From Balanoglossus misakiensis (taxonomy: Eukaryota; Animalia; Hemichordata), in assembly GCA_040954595.2 (NCBI GenBank), contig CM082584.2, positions 13,011,237 through 13,075,236 on the forward strand: a DNA stretch of 64,000 bases. The letters are read 5' to 3'. A program made the translations under genes and the position numbers. Position 1 is the first letter of the stretch. The number at the start of each line of letters is the position of its first letter. The notes below the pieces were generated by a model. That model worked only from the letters and a program-made list of their open reading frames with translations. It did not search any database and was not told the origin of the DNA. Positions 41,830 through 53,500 of this stretch are shown here, one piece after another.

Positions 41830-42042
41830 GGTAACACAGCACTTCATTACTGCGTATCCCATGGCAACTTCACCATCGTGGAGTTACTGCTGGACACTGG
41901 AGTTTGTGATCCGAACAAACAAAACAGAGCTGGATACACCCCGATCATGTTGGCATCACTGGCTGTTCTCAAGGACGAAGAGCAGAAAGTTGTCATCCAT
42001 AAACTGTTCAAGCTCGGCAATGTCAACATCAGGGCAACACAG
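41830..42042 (+). CDS. KANK: KANK ankyrin repeats 1-2
   Basis: Encodes GNTALHYCVSHGNFTIVELLLDTGVCDPNKQNRAGYTPIMLASL...GNVNIRATQ. Confidence 0.95.
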
Positions 42043-42126
42043 GTCAGTGACATGGAATGACCCTGTGACCTTTTCACTTGACCCATGACTTCAAAGTGTC
42101 CTATTTGAGCTATAATTTTATCCTAG

Positions 42127-42318
<192 letters not shown>

Positions 42319-42458
42319 TAAACAACAAGTGGGTGATTAGATAAGCTGGTGTAAACAAAATCACATCCATAGTTTGGTGAGATGAAGCCACGAGTGTAGG
42401 ATTAGTTACAGTGCATGTATCTTTATTTTATCATATGTGTTGTCTTTCGTCTCAACAG

Positions 42459-42560
42459 GATGGATCAACAGCACTGATGTGTGCCAGCGAGCATGGGCAT
42501 CTGGAAATCGTCAAATTACTTCTAGCCCAGCCAGAGTGTAATCCTAATCTCTTTGATCAC
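42459..42560 (+). CDS. KANK: KANK ankyrin repeat
   Basis: 102-nt phase-0 exon encoding [34 protein letters not shown]. Too short for the ORF track. Confidence 0.95.
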
Positions 42561-42723
42561 GTAAGTACCTGAGAGATAATCTATCGCACCTGTTGACCTC
42601 AACACAGGATTGACAGGTGGTGACCGTTCTCCCCAACCATTTGCATGCACTCGGAAATGACAGGCCCAGTCTCTGGCATCGTTTGCGACAACTGAAGTTT
42701 TGTTGCGTCTCTTTCTTTGTCAG

Positions 42724-42822
42724 GATGGAAGTAGTGCGTTAGCCATCGCCATGGAAGCAGGTCACCGCGACATTGGAGTTCTCCTCTATGCACAGATGAA
42801 CTTCTCAAAGAACTCATCACCG
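42724..42822 (+). CDS. KANK: KANK last ankyrin repeat
   Basis: 99-nt exon encoding [33 protein letters not shown], with CCG|GTAAGT donor. Confidence 0.95.
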
Positions 42823-43090
42823 GTAAGTTTGTATCAAGAGAAAAAACAGCTTCAAGATTTACTGGAATATTGTTTTGATACAAAAACAATTTACTTTACT
42901 GTTTCTATGAATTAAACGTCTAATCTCTTTGACATTTTAATTTTTAAAATAGTTATACTATATGAGAAAAACAGCATGAGATACCTAATGTATGTAATTA
43001 TAATTTCAAAGAATTAATTTTCATAATCCTAATTTAATGATCGCCATTTCTTTCAGTTGAATGGAAAGTGTAATTGCATCAATCAGTATC

Positions 43091-43187
43091 AGGACAGACA
43101 CCCCCTGACACATTATCCACCCAACAGTATTGGCTAGAGGTTGGGTTTAATGTCTGGTTGATACATATCAGTCCGGGGAACTGTCCT
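43091..43187. mobile_element. Intronic MITE-like inverted repeat
   Basis: AGGACAGacaCCCC ... GGGGaaCTGTCCT terminal inverted repeat. Confidence 0.4.
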
Positions 43188-43294
43188 AGAGTTCATCTAG
43201 CATGTACATGTACAGAATGCATTCTCATGCTTGCTATTACCATAACTGAGTAATTTCATCCGATTAACAATTTTATCTCCTTCTGTTTTTAAAG

Positions 43295-43329
43295 AGTTTG
43301 TCAAGAACTAGAATAAAAGGGTCACCAAG
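43295..43329 (+). CDS. KANK: KANK 35-nt micro-exon
   Basis: ctccttctgtttttaaag acceptor and AAG|GTGAGA donor. Encodes SLSRTRIKGSP and supplies the phase 0 to 2 shift that the last exon requires. Confidence 0.75.
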
Positions 43330-44575
43330 GTGAGAATAACTTTTAATAAAAAAATGCAGAAAACTAATTTTTTTTGTCACTATGTTTTAAGTTTAGAGCA
43401 TGTCCCAAGACCAACCCTTGTAATAGACATATTCAACATGCAAAAATTAATTTGATAAAGTCATTACCGGTAACATTTTGACCAGAATCCCTCAGTATGT
43501 CCCAACATAGGAACATAACATGCTAAAACTTACACATCATGTTTTGTTATGAAAGTTTTTGACTTCTCGTGCTGTTTTGTACAGCATGTAGGGGAAGGAC
43601 AAAAGTGTAATAATGGCTTTTGGTATAAGATAGATCTTCTTACATGTACATTTGGTGAAAATAGATACTTGAATAAGAACGACAATGTTTAAATATGTTA
43701 TTTCGTTGCATGTTTTTTATTACATTTGGAATATGCAAAGCTTCTCGTTTACTTTCCTGGCTGGTCATCCTGCGGATATTTCTCTTATTTCTTCCTTCTG
43801 AGTGGTCAGCTTACGCTATCATAAGGTCATAGGTTACAGGTTCAATGAACGACCTGGTTGAAAATTGATGAATGTTGCATCTATATTGCATCCAGTCTTT
43901 AGTTTTGGGTGGAACTTTTGCTTTAGTTTTAGTCCATTCTTTTCGGCATTGTCTTTGTGCTTGAAGATGTACTAATGCGTCATTATTTTGAATTATTTTT
44001 AATTTTTTGCCTAAAATAAGTGAGGAAGGTATGTCAAGATTCAGAATTCGATACATGGAAAAATAAAAATTATTTTCATGAATTAATGGATCCTGAATAA
44101 CGGGGGGTTTCTGTCAATGGCAGAAGTCACCTGTGGTTGTGCATCTGATCCATTAACTCATAGAAAATACACAAGTTGCATTTCCCATGATTTTAATAAA
44201 GGCTTTGTTCAGCTTTCCATCCACATTCCTGTATTTCCACCATTTTGCTTTTTATTTTGTGATTGATGTGGTTTTGTTTTAGGAATATGTAGATGGCACC
44301 CTTAGTTTGTTTTAGCAGTAGAAATGCAACCTGATACCAGCAAGTAGTCAATATGTATCGGAAGATTTTAGGAATGTTGTATGTATTTTCCTTAGTGGAT
44401 AGTTACATATGGGTTCATGTTTTTATTAATTGTGTTTAAACTAATAGATGCTGTCTCTACCAGGTCATCATCTTGACCTATGACCTTTCAACCCCTCTAT
44501 TTTGAATTACCTGAAGTATTAATCATTAAATGTGATTTTTATTTAACATTTGGTGTCTTTCCTTGATATAAACAG

Positions 44576-44996
44576 CCCTACTCGAAGAATTCCTAGCAGC
44601 CCAACCATCCCCACCAGCAGAATGAGCCCTGCTATGGCACGACGTAGTCCATCACCGCGAACAAGCCCGCTGCATAGCCCATCGCATATCCCGCTGCCCA
44701 GACGGAATTCGACCGGCAGCACCAGTCACAGCTACACGTCATTCCAGGAGCGTCGGGAACAACAAAAACAACAGCAACAACAACAACAACAAAAGCAACA
44801 ACAACAACAACAACAACAGCAGAAGCAACAAAGGCCACAGAAACCAAAGCGAACAACTGCAACAACTACTGCAGCCAGTAGCAGCAGCACCAGCATGACA
44901 CTCAGTGCGGCCAGGAAGGTGGTGGCACAGCGCCCGGCCAGACCATCATCAGCCGGAACAACCAGGCCTTTGAGAACAACGACGAAAAGCAAATGA
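44576..44996 (+). CDS. KANK: KANK last coding exon: basic Ser/Pro/Arg tail with SxIP and polyQ
   Basis: aaacag acceptor. Encodes PTRRIPSSPTIPTSRMSP...PSHIPLPRR...polyQ...RTTTKSK, with TGA at 44994-44996. GC- and CpG-rich like the other coding exons. Confidence 0.8.
44760..44832 (+). repeat. (CAA/CAG)n microsatellite encoding polyQ
   Basis: Directly visible CAA run within the last KANK exon. Confidence 0.9.
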
Positions 44997-46951
44997 AACG
45001 TAGAAATGTAATCCCCAAAAAGGATATCTCACACTATACACTACCTCATGACGATAATTGTGTCATTGCAAACTCTGCCTGACACAAACGAGAGCATAGC
45101 TGCCTCCTGAGAAACAGACAGCTATTGATATTTTATCAGAATTTTTTAGTGTTTTTATTTAACAGATTTCAACAAGAAAATTCCAGTTCCAGAAAGACCT
45201 AAAAGTTAAGATGATGTCAGTTTGACGTTTCGACAGGATCAGTAAATTGCCAAAGTGAACATGGTGCCTTACACTTTAGAAAATATGACTTGTCCATTGT
45301 GAATGTATATCAAACAAAATCTGTTGAGATGTCAGAGACATCACTTTTTTGTTTGTTTTTTAAAGCAAAATACAAAACACAAGCAGTATTACTTTGTTTA
45401 TGAAATGTTATTTTCTCTTCTGTCTGTAAACAACTGTCTTGCCATGAATGAGAGAAATTGTATAATCATTCTCTTGCAGTGTGTGTCTCAAAGTTTGTAA
45501 CAACCAACAGTTGAATATACATGTATGTCATTCATTTTATGTCCTGCTTGTGAGATGGGGTTAAGGGTTAGGGGGCGATTTATGTTTCAGAACATTGACT
45601 ATTTTATCTGTGTTTTTCTTTCCCCAGAAGGCATTGCAAACACGGATGATTGGGTATATATATTGTCAGTGCTGGCATATTTGACCAGATACAATTTTCC
45701 ATATGTTGTTTTTTTAATAATCCAGAAACTATAGAACATATTTCTGTCACAATACATGATTCTCATGTATGCAAAATCTGAGTATTTTTTGACATTTTAC
45801 ATGTTGTAGTAATTGTTGTTATTTTTGACATCAAATCTGAAGCTTGTTTGAAGTCAGTTAATTATTAAGCAGTAGTGCAATAACAATTGTGCTGTGCCCA
45901 GTCACCTTTTGTGTGTATAAAGCAACGTTTTTCGTGTGTGTATCAGGTCATTTTAGTTTTTCATAACGAACATGGCTTTTGTCTACAGAAAATATCACTG
46001 TCTCCAGTTTCAAACGATGTAAAAATTCAATAACTTCTTGATACATAAACTCTGACACTGTTCTTGTGAACAAAACACAATTTCCTAACTGCCACATGTA
46101 ACCCATCAATAACATATTTACTGAATTTATTTTGATTTCATTCTGACAGTCAACAAGCTTGAGTCTCTATGTATTTACATGAAACAGAAAACACTTCCCA
46201 CAGTAATTTTGAGTAAGAGTCAATATAGAAGAGTGAAAAATCAATGTGTTTGTTTTTCTTTTAGCAAGTAAAATTTTGGGCTGTCATTAATATTATATAT
46301 ATATACTTATTTATATTCTGAAATTATACATGTACTGACCCATGACCTCAACATGGTGACCCATGACCTATGCAAAACAGCCAGAACTCAATATGACTCA
46401 AGCATTACCCATAAGTCAATGCTCCGTCTTGGAAAGAATGTGTGAAATGCGTTGGATATTTTTTTTGGTTGACTTTAATTTTGTTTTTTCTAACAGCATT
46501 TTTCAGTGAACATACAACCCCACCATGGAAATAATGTTAAGAATAGTTTTTTGTTGTTGCTGTATTTAAATTATTTTTGTAGTTGGAAAAACTATGAAAC
46601 TTTGAATATTATGCAAGTCTCAGAAGGTAAATGGTACTCATTATTCATTTGCAGTGAAGTTCCATTTAACCTGGAGTATTTATAATGAATAATACTTATC
46701 GTATTACTTATGAAACCACACATAATGCCTTCTAACAGTATGAATGTTGCTTTTATATTTAAAATTCCCTTTCTAAGTTACAGCTATCATTACACCATGT
46801 CATAAAAACATTAAAAGTGTCCGATTGGTTGAAGGTAATACTCAGTTGATTTTTAGTTGGCCATAAGATATTTGCATTTATTCTTAGTCCGACAATCTCC
46901 CTTGAAAACTGTATGTGTAGAAAAGAAATTGGCATTTTCTCACTATTAAGT

Positions 46952-47030
46952 CTGATTTCAGAATCTCTTGAGACGGACATTTTGATTGGACTGATTTCAG
47001 CATCTCTTGAGACGGACATGTTGATTGGAC
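46952..47030. repeat. 39-bp tandem duplication (2 copies)
   Basis: ctgatttcag(a/c)atctcttgagacggacat(t/g)ttgattgga at 46952 and 46991. Confidence 0.9.
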
Positions 47031-47453
47031 AGCCTGATCGGCGCTGTGAACCGAGAAGGATCTGTATAAATGCTAGTTTTCTCTAGGGCTCCTTATCTTT
47101 TTTAAAATAAGACCCAGGTGCAAGAACAGGTACCGGGCTTCTTATTTTATTGTAAATGGAATGTTTGATATATTTAAGTTTTCTAATTCCTTTGGTTTGT
47201 AATTCATCTAATGGGAGAAAGCGTTCTTTTTTTGTGTCTAACTGCTTATTTCCAAGTTGCTGTAGATTGTACTATCACAGACACAGCCAAGATTTAATGT
47301 AGAACTTTGGGGAAACTGTTCTAGTGTTTATGGCTTTCCATTATTCTCTCAATAGCTTTTGTAGGCTACTGTCCGTACACTCCAGCACAGTTTCAAGCAG
47401 GGAGTAAATTTGTGAAACAACTAACGATTTATACAGAAAACATTACTTTATGA

Positions 47454-47459
47454 AATAAA
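47454..47459 (+). terminator. Probable KANK polyadenylation signal
   Basis: First canonical AATAAA I found after the KANK stop, followed by GT-rich gttgtcgtgtgttgactttgtt. Confidence 0.55.
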
Positions 47460-47521
47460 ACCCAATATTTATATACTGATATCAACGTTGTCGTGTGTTG
47501 ACTTTGTTCCAAAGTACAGAT

Positions 47522-50500
47522 TAACCCATGACAAATGTCATAAAATGACAAATAAGCAAAGTCGAAAAATTCTCATTTTTTGATGATTTTCCTGAGCTAT
47601 AACCCATGGTTTTTTCAAAAAATGACCAAATTTTGAAAATTCGCAAAGTCGAAAAATTCTCATTTTTTGATGATTTTCCTGAGCTATAACCCATGGTTTT
47701 TTCAAAAAATGACCAGATTTTCAAAATTTTCAAATTTCGCAAAGTCTAAAAATCTTCGATTTTTGACGATTTTCCTGAGCTATAACCCATGGTTTTTTCA
47801 AAAAATGACCAAATTTTCGAAATTCGCAAAGTCTAAAAATCTTCGATTTTTGACGATTTTCCTGAGCTATAACCCATGGTTTTTTCAAAAAATGACCAAA
47901 TTTTCAAATTTCGCAAAGTCGAAAAATCTTCGATTTTTGACGATTTTCCTGAGCTATAACCCATGGTTTTTTCAAAAAATGACCAAATTTTCAAATTTCG
48001 CAAAGTCGAAAAATCTTCGATTTTTGACGATTTTCCTGAGCTATAACCCATGGTTTTTTCAAAAAATGACCAGATTTTCAAAATTCGCAAAGTCGAAAAA
48101 TCTTCGATTTTTGACGATTTTCCTGAGCTATAAACAATGGTTTTTTCAAAAAATGACCAGATTTTCAAAATTCGCAAAGTCGAAAAATCTTCGATTTTTG
48201 ACGATTTTCCTGAGCTATAACCCATGGTTTTTTCAAAAAATGACCAAATTTTTGAAAATTCGCAAAGTCTAAAAATCTTCGATTTTTGACGATTTTCCTG
48301 AGCTATAACCCATGGTTTTTTCAAAAAATGACCAAATTTTCAAATTTCGCAAAGTCGAAAAATCTTCGATTTTTGACGATTTTCCTGAGCTATAACCCAT
48401 GGTTTTTTCAAAAAATGACCAAATTTTCAAATTTCGCGAAGTCGAAAAATCTTCGATTTTTGACGATTTTCCTGAGCTATAACCCATGGTTTTTTCAAAA
48501 AATGACCAGATTTTCAAAATTCGCAAAGTCGAAAAATCTTCGATTTTTGACGATTTTCCTGAGCTATAACCCATGGTTTTTTCAAAAAATGACCAGATTT
48601 TCAAAATTCGCAAAGTCGAAAAATCTTCGATTTTTGACGATTTTCCTGAGCTATAACCCATGGTTTTTTCAAAAAATGACCAAATTTTTGAAAATTCGCA
48701 AAGTCGAAAAATCTTCGATTTTTGACGATTTTCCTGAGCTATAACCCATGGTTTTTTCAAAAAATGACCAAATTTTGAAAATTCGCAAAGTCGAAAAATC
48801 TTCGATTTTTGACGATTTTCCTGAGCTATAACCCATGGTTTTTTCAAAAAATGACCAAATTTTGAAAATTCGCAAAGTCGAAAAATCTTCGATTTTTGAC
48901 GATTTTCCTGAGCTATAACCCATGGTTTTTTCAAAAAATGACCAGATTTTGAAAATTCGCAAAGTCGAAAAATCTTCGATTTTTGACGATTTTCCTGAGC
49001 TATAACCCATGGTTTTTTCAAAAAATGACCAGATTTTGAAAATTCGCAAAGTCGAAAAATCTTCGATTTTTGACGATTTTCCTGAGCTATAACCCATGGT
49101 TTTTTCAAAAAATGACCAGATTTTGAAAATTCGCAAAGTCGAAAAATCTTCGATTTTTGACGATTTTCCTGAGCTATAACCCATGGTTTTTTCAAAAAAT
49201 GACCAGATTTTGAAAATTCGCAAAGTCGAAAAATCTTCGATTTTTGACGATTTTCCTGAGCTATAACCCATGGTTTTTTCAAAAAATGACCAGATTTTGA
49301 AAATTCGCAAAGTCGAAAAATCGTCGATTTTTGACGATTTTCCTGAGCTATAACCCATGGTTTTTTCAAAAAATGACCAAATTTTCAAATTTCGCAAAGT
49401 CGAAAAATCTTCGATTTTTGACGATTTTCCTGAGCTATAACCCATGGTTTTTTCAAAAAATGACCAAATTTTCAAATTTCGCAAAGTCGAAAAATCTACG
49501 ATTTTTGACGATTTTCCTGAGCTATAACCCATGGTTTTTTCAAAAAATGACCAAATTTTCAAATTTCGCAAAGTCTAAAAATCTTCGATTTTTGACGATT
49601 TTCCTGAGCTATAACCCATGGTTTTTTCAAAAAATGACCAAATTTTCGAAATTCGCAAAGTCTAAAAATCTTCGATTTTTGACGATTTTCCTGAGCTATA
49701 ACCCATGGTTTTTTCAAAAAATGACCAAATTTTCGAATTTCGCAAAGTCGAAAAATCTTCGATTTTTGACGATTTTCCTGAGCTATAACCCATGGTTTTT
49801 TCAAAAAATGACCAAATTTTCAAATTTCGCAAAGTCGAAAAATCTTCGATTTTTGACGATTTTCCTGAGCTATAACCCATGGTTTTTTCAAAAAATGACC
49901 AGATTTTCAAAATTCGCAAAGTCGAAAAATCTTCGATTTTTGACGATTTTCCTGAGCTATAACCCATGGTTTTTTCAAAAAATGACCAGATTTTCAAAAT
50001 TCGCAAAGTCGAAAAATCTTCGATTTTTGACGATTTTCCTGAGCTATAACCCATGGTTTTTTCAAAAAATGACCAAATTTTTGAAAATTCGCAAAGTCGA
50101 AAAATCTTCGATTTTTGACGATTTTCCTGAGCTATAACCCATGGTTTTTTCAAAAAATGACCAAATTTTGAAAATTCGCAAAGTCGAAAAATTCTCATTT
50201 TTTGATGATTTTCCTGAGCTATAACCCATGGTTTTTTCAAAAAATGACCAGATTTTCAAAATTTTCAAATTTCGCAAAGTCTAAAAATCTTCGATTTTTG
50301 ACGATTTTCCTGAGCTATAACCCATGGTTTTTTCAAAAAATGACCATGGTTTTTTCAAAAAATGACCAGATTTTCAAAATTCGCAAAGTCGAAAAATCTT
50401 CGATTTTTGACGATTTTCCTGAGCTATAACCCATGGTTTTTTCAAAAAATGACCAGATTTTCAAATTTCGCAAAGTCGAAAAATCTACGATTTTTGACGA

Positions 50501-53500
50501 TTTTCCTGAGCTATAACCCATGGTTTTTTCAAAAAAAAACCAAATTTTCAAATTTCGCAAAGTCTAAAAATCTTCGATTTTTGACGATTTTCCTGAGCTA
50601 TAACCCATGGTTTTTTCAAAAAATGACCAAATTTTCGAAATTCGCAAAGTCTAAAAATCTTCGATTTTTGACGATTTTCCTGAGCTATAACCCATGGTTT
50701 TTTCAAAAAATGACCAAATTTTCGAATTTCGCAAAGTCGAAAAATCTTCGATTTTTGACGATTTTCCTGAGCTATAACCCATGGTTTTTTCAAAAAATGA
50801 CCAAATTTTCAAATTTCGCAAAGTCGAAAAATCTTCGATTTTTGACGATTTTCCTGAGCTATAACCCATGGTTTTTTCAAAAAATGACCAGATTTTCAAA
50901 ATTCGCAAAGTCGAAAAATCTTCGATTTTTGACGATTTTCCTGAGCTATAACCCATGGTTTTTTCAAAAAATGACCAGATTTTCAAAATTCGCAAAGTCG
51001 AAAAATCTTCGATTTTTGACGATTTTCCTGAGCTATAACCCATGGTTTTTTCAAAAAATGACCAAATTTTTGAAAATTCGCAAAGTCGAAAAATCTTCGA
51101 TTTTTGACGATTTTCCTGAGCTATAACCCATGGTTTTTTCAAAAAATGACCAAATTTTGAAAATTCGCAAAGTCGAAAAATTCTCATTTTTTGATGATTT
51201 TCCTGAGCTATAACCCATGGTTTTTTCAAAAAATGACCAGATTTTCAAAATTTTCAAATTTCGCAAAGTCTAAAAATCTTCGATTTTTGACGATTTTCCT
51301 GAGCTATAACCCATGGTTTTTTCAAAAAATGACCATGGTTTTTTCAAAAAATGACCAGATTTTCAAAATTCGCAAAGTCGAAAAATCTTCGATTTTTGAC
51401 GATTTTCCTGAGCTATAACCCATGGTTTTTTCAAAAAATGACCAGATTTTCAAAATTCGCAAAGTCGAAAAATCTTCGATTTTTGACGATTTTCCTGAGC
51501 TATAACCCATGGTTTTTTCAAAAAATGACCAAATTTTTGAAAATTCGCAAAGTCTAAAAATCTTCGATTTTTGACGATTTTCCTGAGCTATAACCCATGG
51601 TTTTTTCAAAAAATGACCAAATTTTGAAAATTCGCAAAGTCTAAAAATCTTCGATTTTTGACGATTTTCCTGAGCTATAACCCATGGTTTTTTCAAAAAA
51701 TGACCAAATTTTCGAATTTCGCAAAGTCGAAAAATCTTCGATTTTTGACGATTTTCCTGAGCTATAACCCATGGTTTTTTCAAAAAATGACCAAATTTTC
51801 AAATTTCGCAAAGTCGAAAAATCTTCGATTTTTGACGATTTTCCTGAGCTATAACCCATGGTTTTTTCAAAAAATGACCAGATTTTCAAAATTCGCAAAG
51901 TCGAAAAATCTTCGATTTTTGACGATTTTCCTGAGCTATAACCCATGGTTTTTTCAAAAAATGACCAGATTTTCAAAATTCGCAAAGTCGAAAAATCTTC
52001 GATTTTTGACGATTTTCCTGAGCTATAACCCATGGTTTTTTCAAAAAATGACCAAATTTTTGAAAATTCGCAAAGTCGAAAAATCTTCGATTTTTGACGA
52101 TTTTCCTGAGCTATAACCCATGGTTTTTTCAAAAAATGACCAAATTTTCAAAATTCGCAAAGTCGAAAAATCTTCGATTTTTGACGATTTTCCTGAGCTA
52201 TAACCCATGGTTTTTTCAAAAAATGACCAAATTTTGAAAATTCGCAAAGTCGAAAAATCTTCGATTTTTGACGATTTTCCTGAGCTATAACCCATGGTTT
52301 TTTCAAAAAATGACCAAATTTTGAAAATTCGCAAAGTCGAAAAATCTTCGATTTTTGACGATTTTCCTGAGCTATAACCCATGGTTTTTTCAAAAAATGA
52401 CCAGATTTTCAAAATTCGCAAAGTCGAAAAATCTTCGATTTTTGACGATTTTCCTGAGCTATAACCCATGGTTTTTTCAAAAAATGACCAAATTTTGAAA
52501 ATTCGCAAGGTCGAAAAATCTTCGATTTTTGACGATTTTCCTGAGCTATAACCCATGGTTTTTTCAAAAAATGACCAAATTTTCAAATTTCGCAAAGTCG
52601 AAAAATCTTCGATTTTTGACGATTTTCCTGAGCTATAACCCATGGTTTTTTCAAAGAATGACCAAATTTTCGAAATTCGCAAAGTCGAAAAATCTTCGAT
52701 TTTTGACGATTTTCCTGAGCTATAACCCATGGTTTTTTCAAAAAATGACCAAATTTTCAAATTTCGCAAAGTCGAAAAATCTTCGATTTTTGACGATTTT
52801 CCTGAGCTATAACCCATGGTTTTTTCAAAAAATGACCAAATTTTCAAATTTCGCAAAGTCGAAAAATCTTCGATTTTTGACGATTTTCCTGAGCTATAAC
52901 CCATGGTTTTTTCAAAAAATGACCAGATTTTCAAAATTCGCAAAGTCGAAAAATCTTCGATTTTTGACGATTTTCCTGAGCTATAACCCATGGTTTTTTC
53001 AAAAAATGACCAAATTTTGAAAATTCGCAAGGTCGAAAAATCTTCGATTTTTGACGATTTTCCTGAGCTATAACCCATGGTTTTTTCAAAAAATGACCAA
53101 ATTTTCAAATTTCGCAAAGTCGAAAAATCTTCGATTTTTGACGATTTTCCTGAGCTATAACCCATGGTTTTTTCAAAAAATGACCAAATTTTCAAATTTC
53201 GCAAAGTCGAAAAATCTTCGATTTTTGACGATTTTCCTGAGCTATAACCCATGGTTTTTTCAAAAAATGACCAAATTTTCAAATTTCGCAAAGTCGAAAA
53301 ATCTTCGATTTTTGACGATTTTCCTGAGCTATAACCCATGGTTTTTTCAAAAAATGACCAAATTTTCAAATTTCGCAAAGTCGAAAAATCTTCGATTTTT
53401 GACGATTTTCCTGAGCTATAACCCATGTTTTTTTCAAAAAATGACCAAATTTTCAAATTTCGCAAAGTCGAAAAATCTTCGATTTTTGACGATTTTCCTG

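Noticed and set aside
47600-47606. Telomeric hexamer TAACCC in each monomer
   Set aside because: It is a single hexamer per 87 bp and never tandem, which is insufficient to call telomeric or subtelomeric sequence.
47555-47641. CENP-B box in the monomer
   Set aside because: The TTCG and CG spacing does not fit NTTCGNNNNANNCGGGN on either strand.
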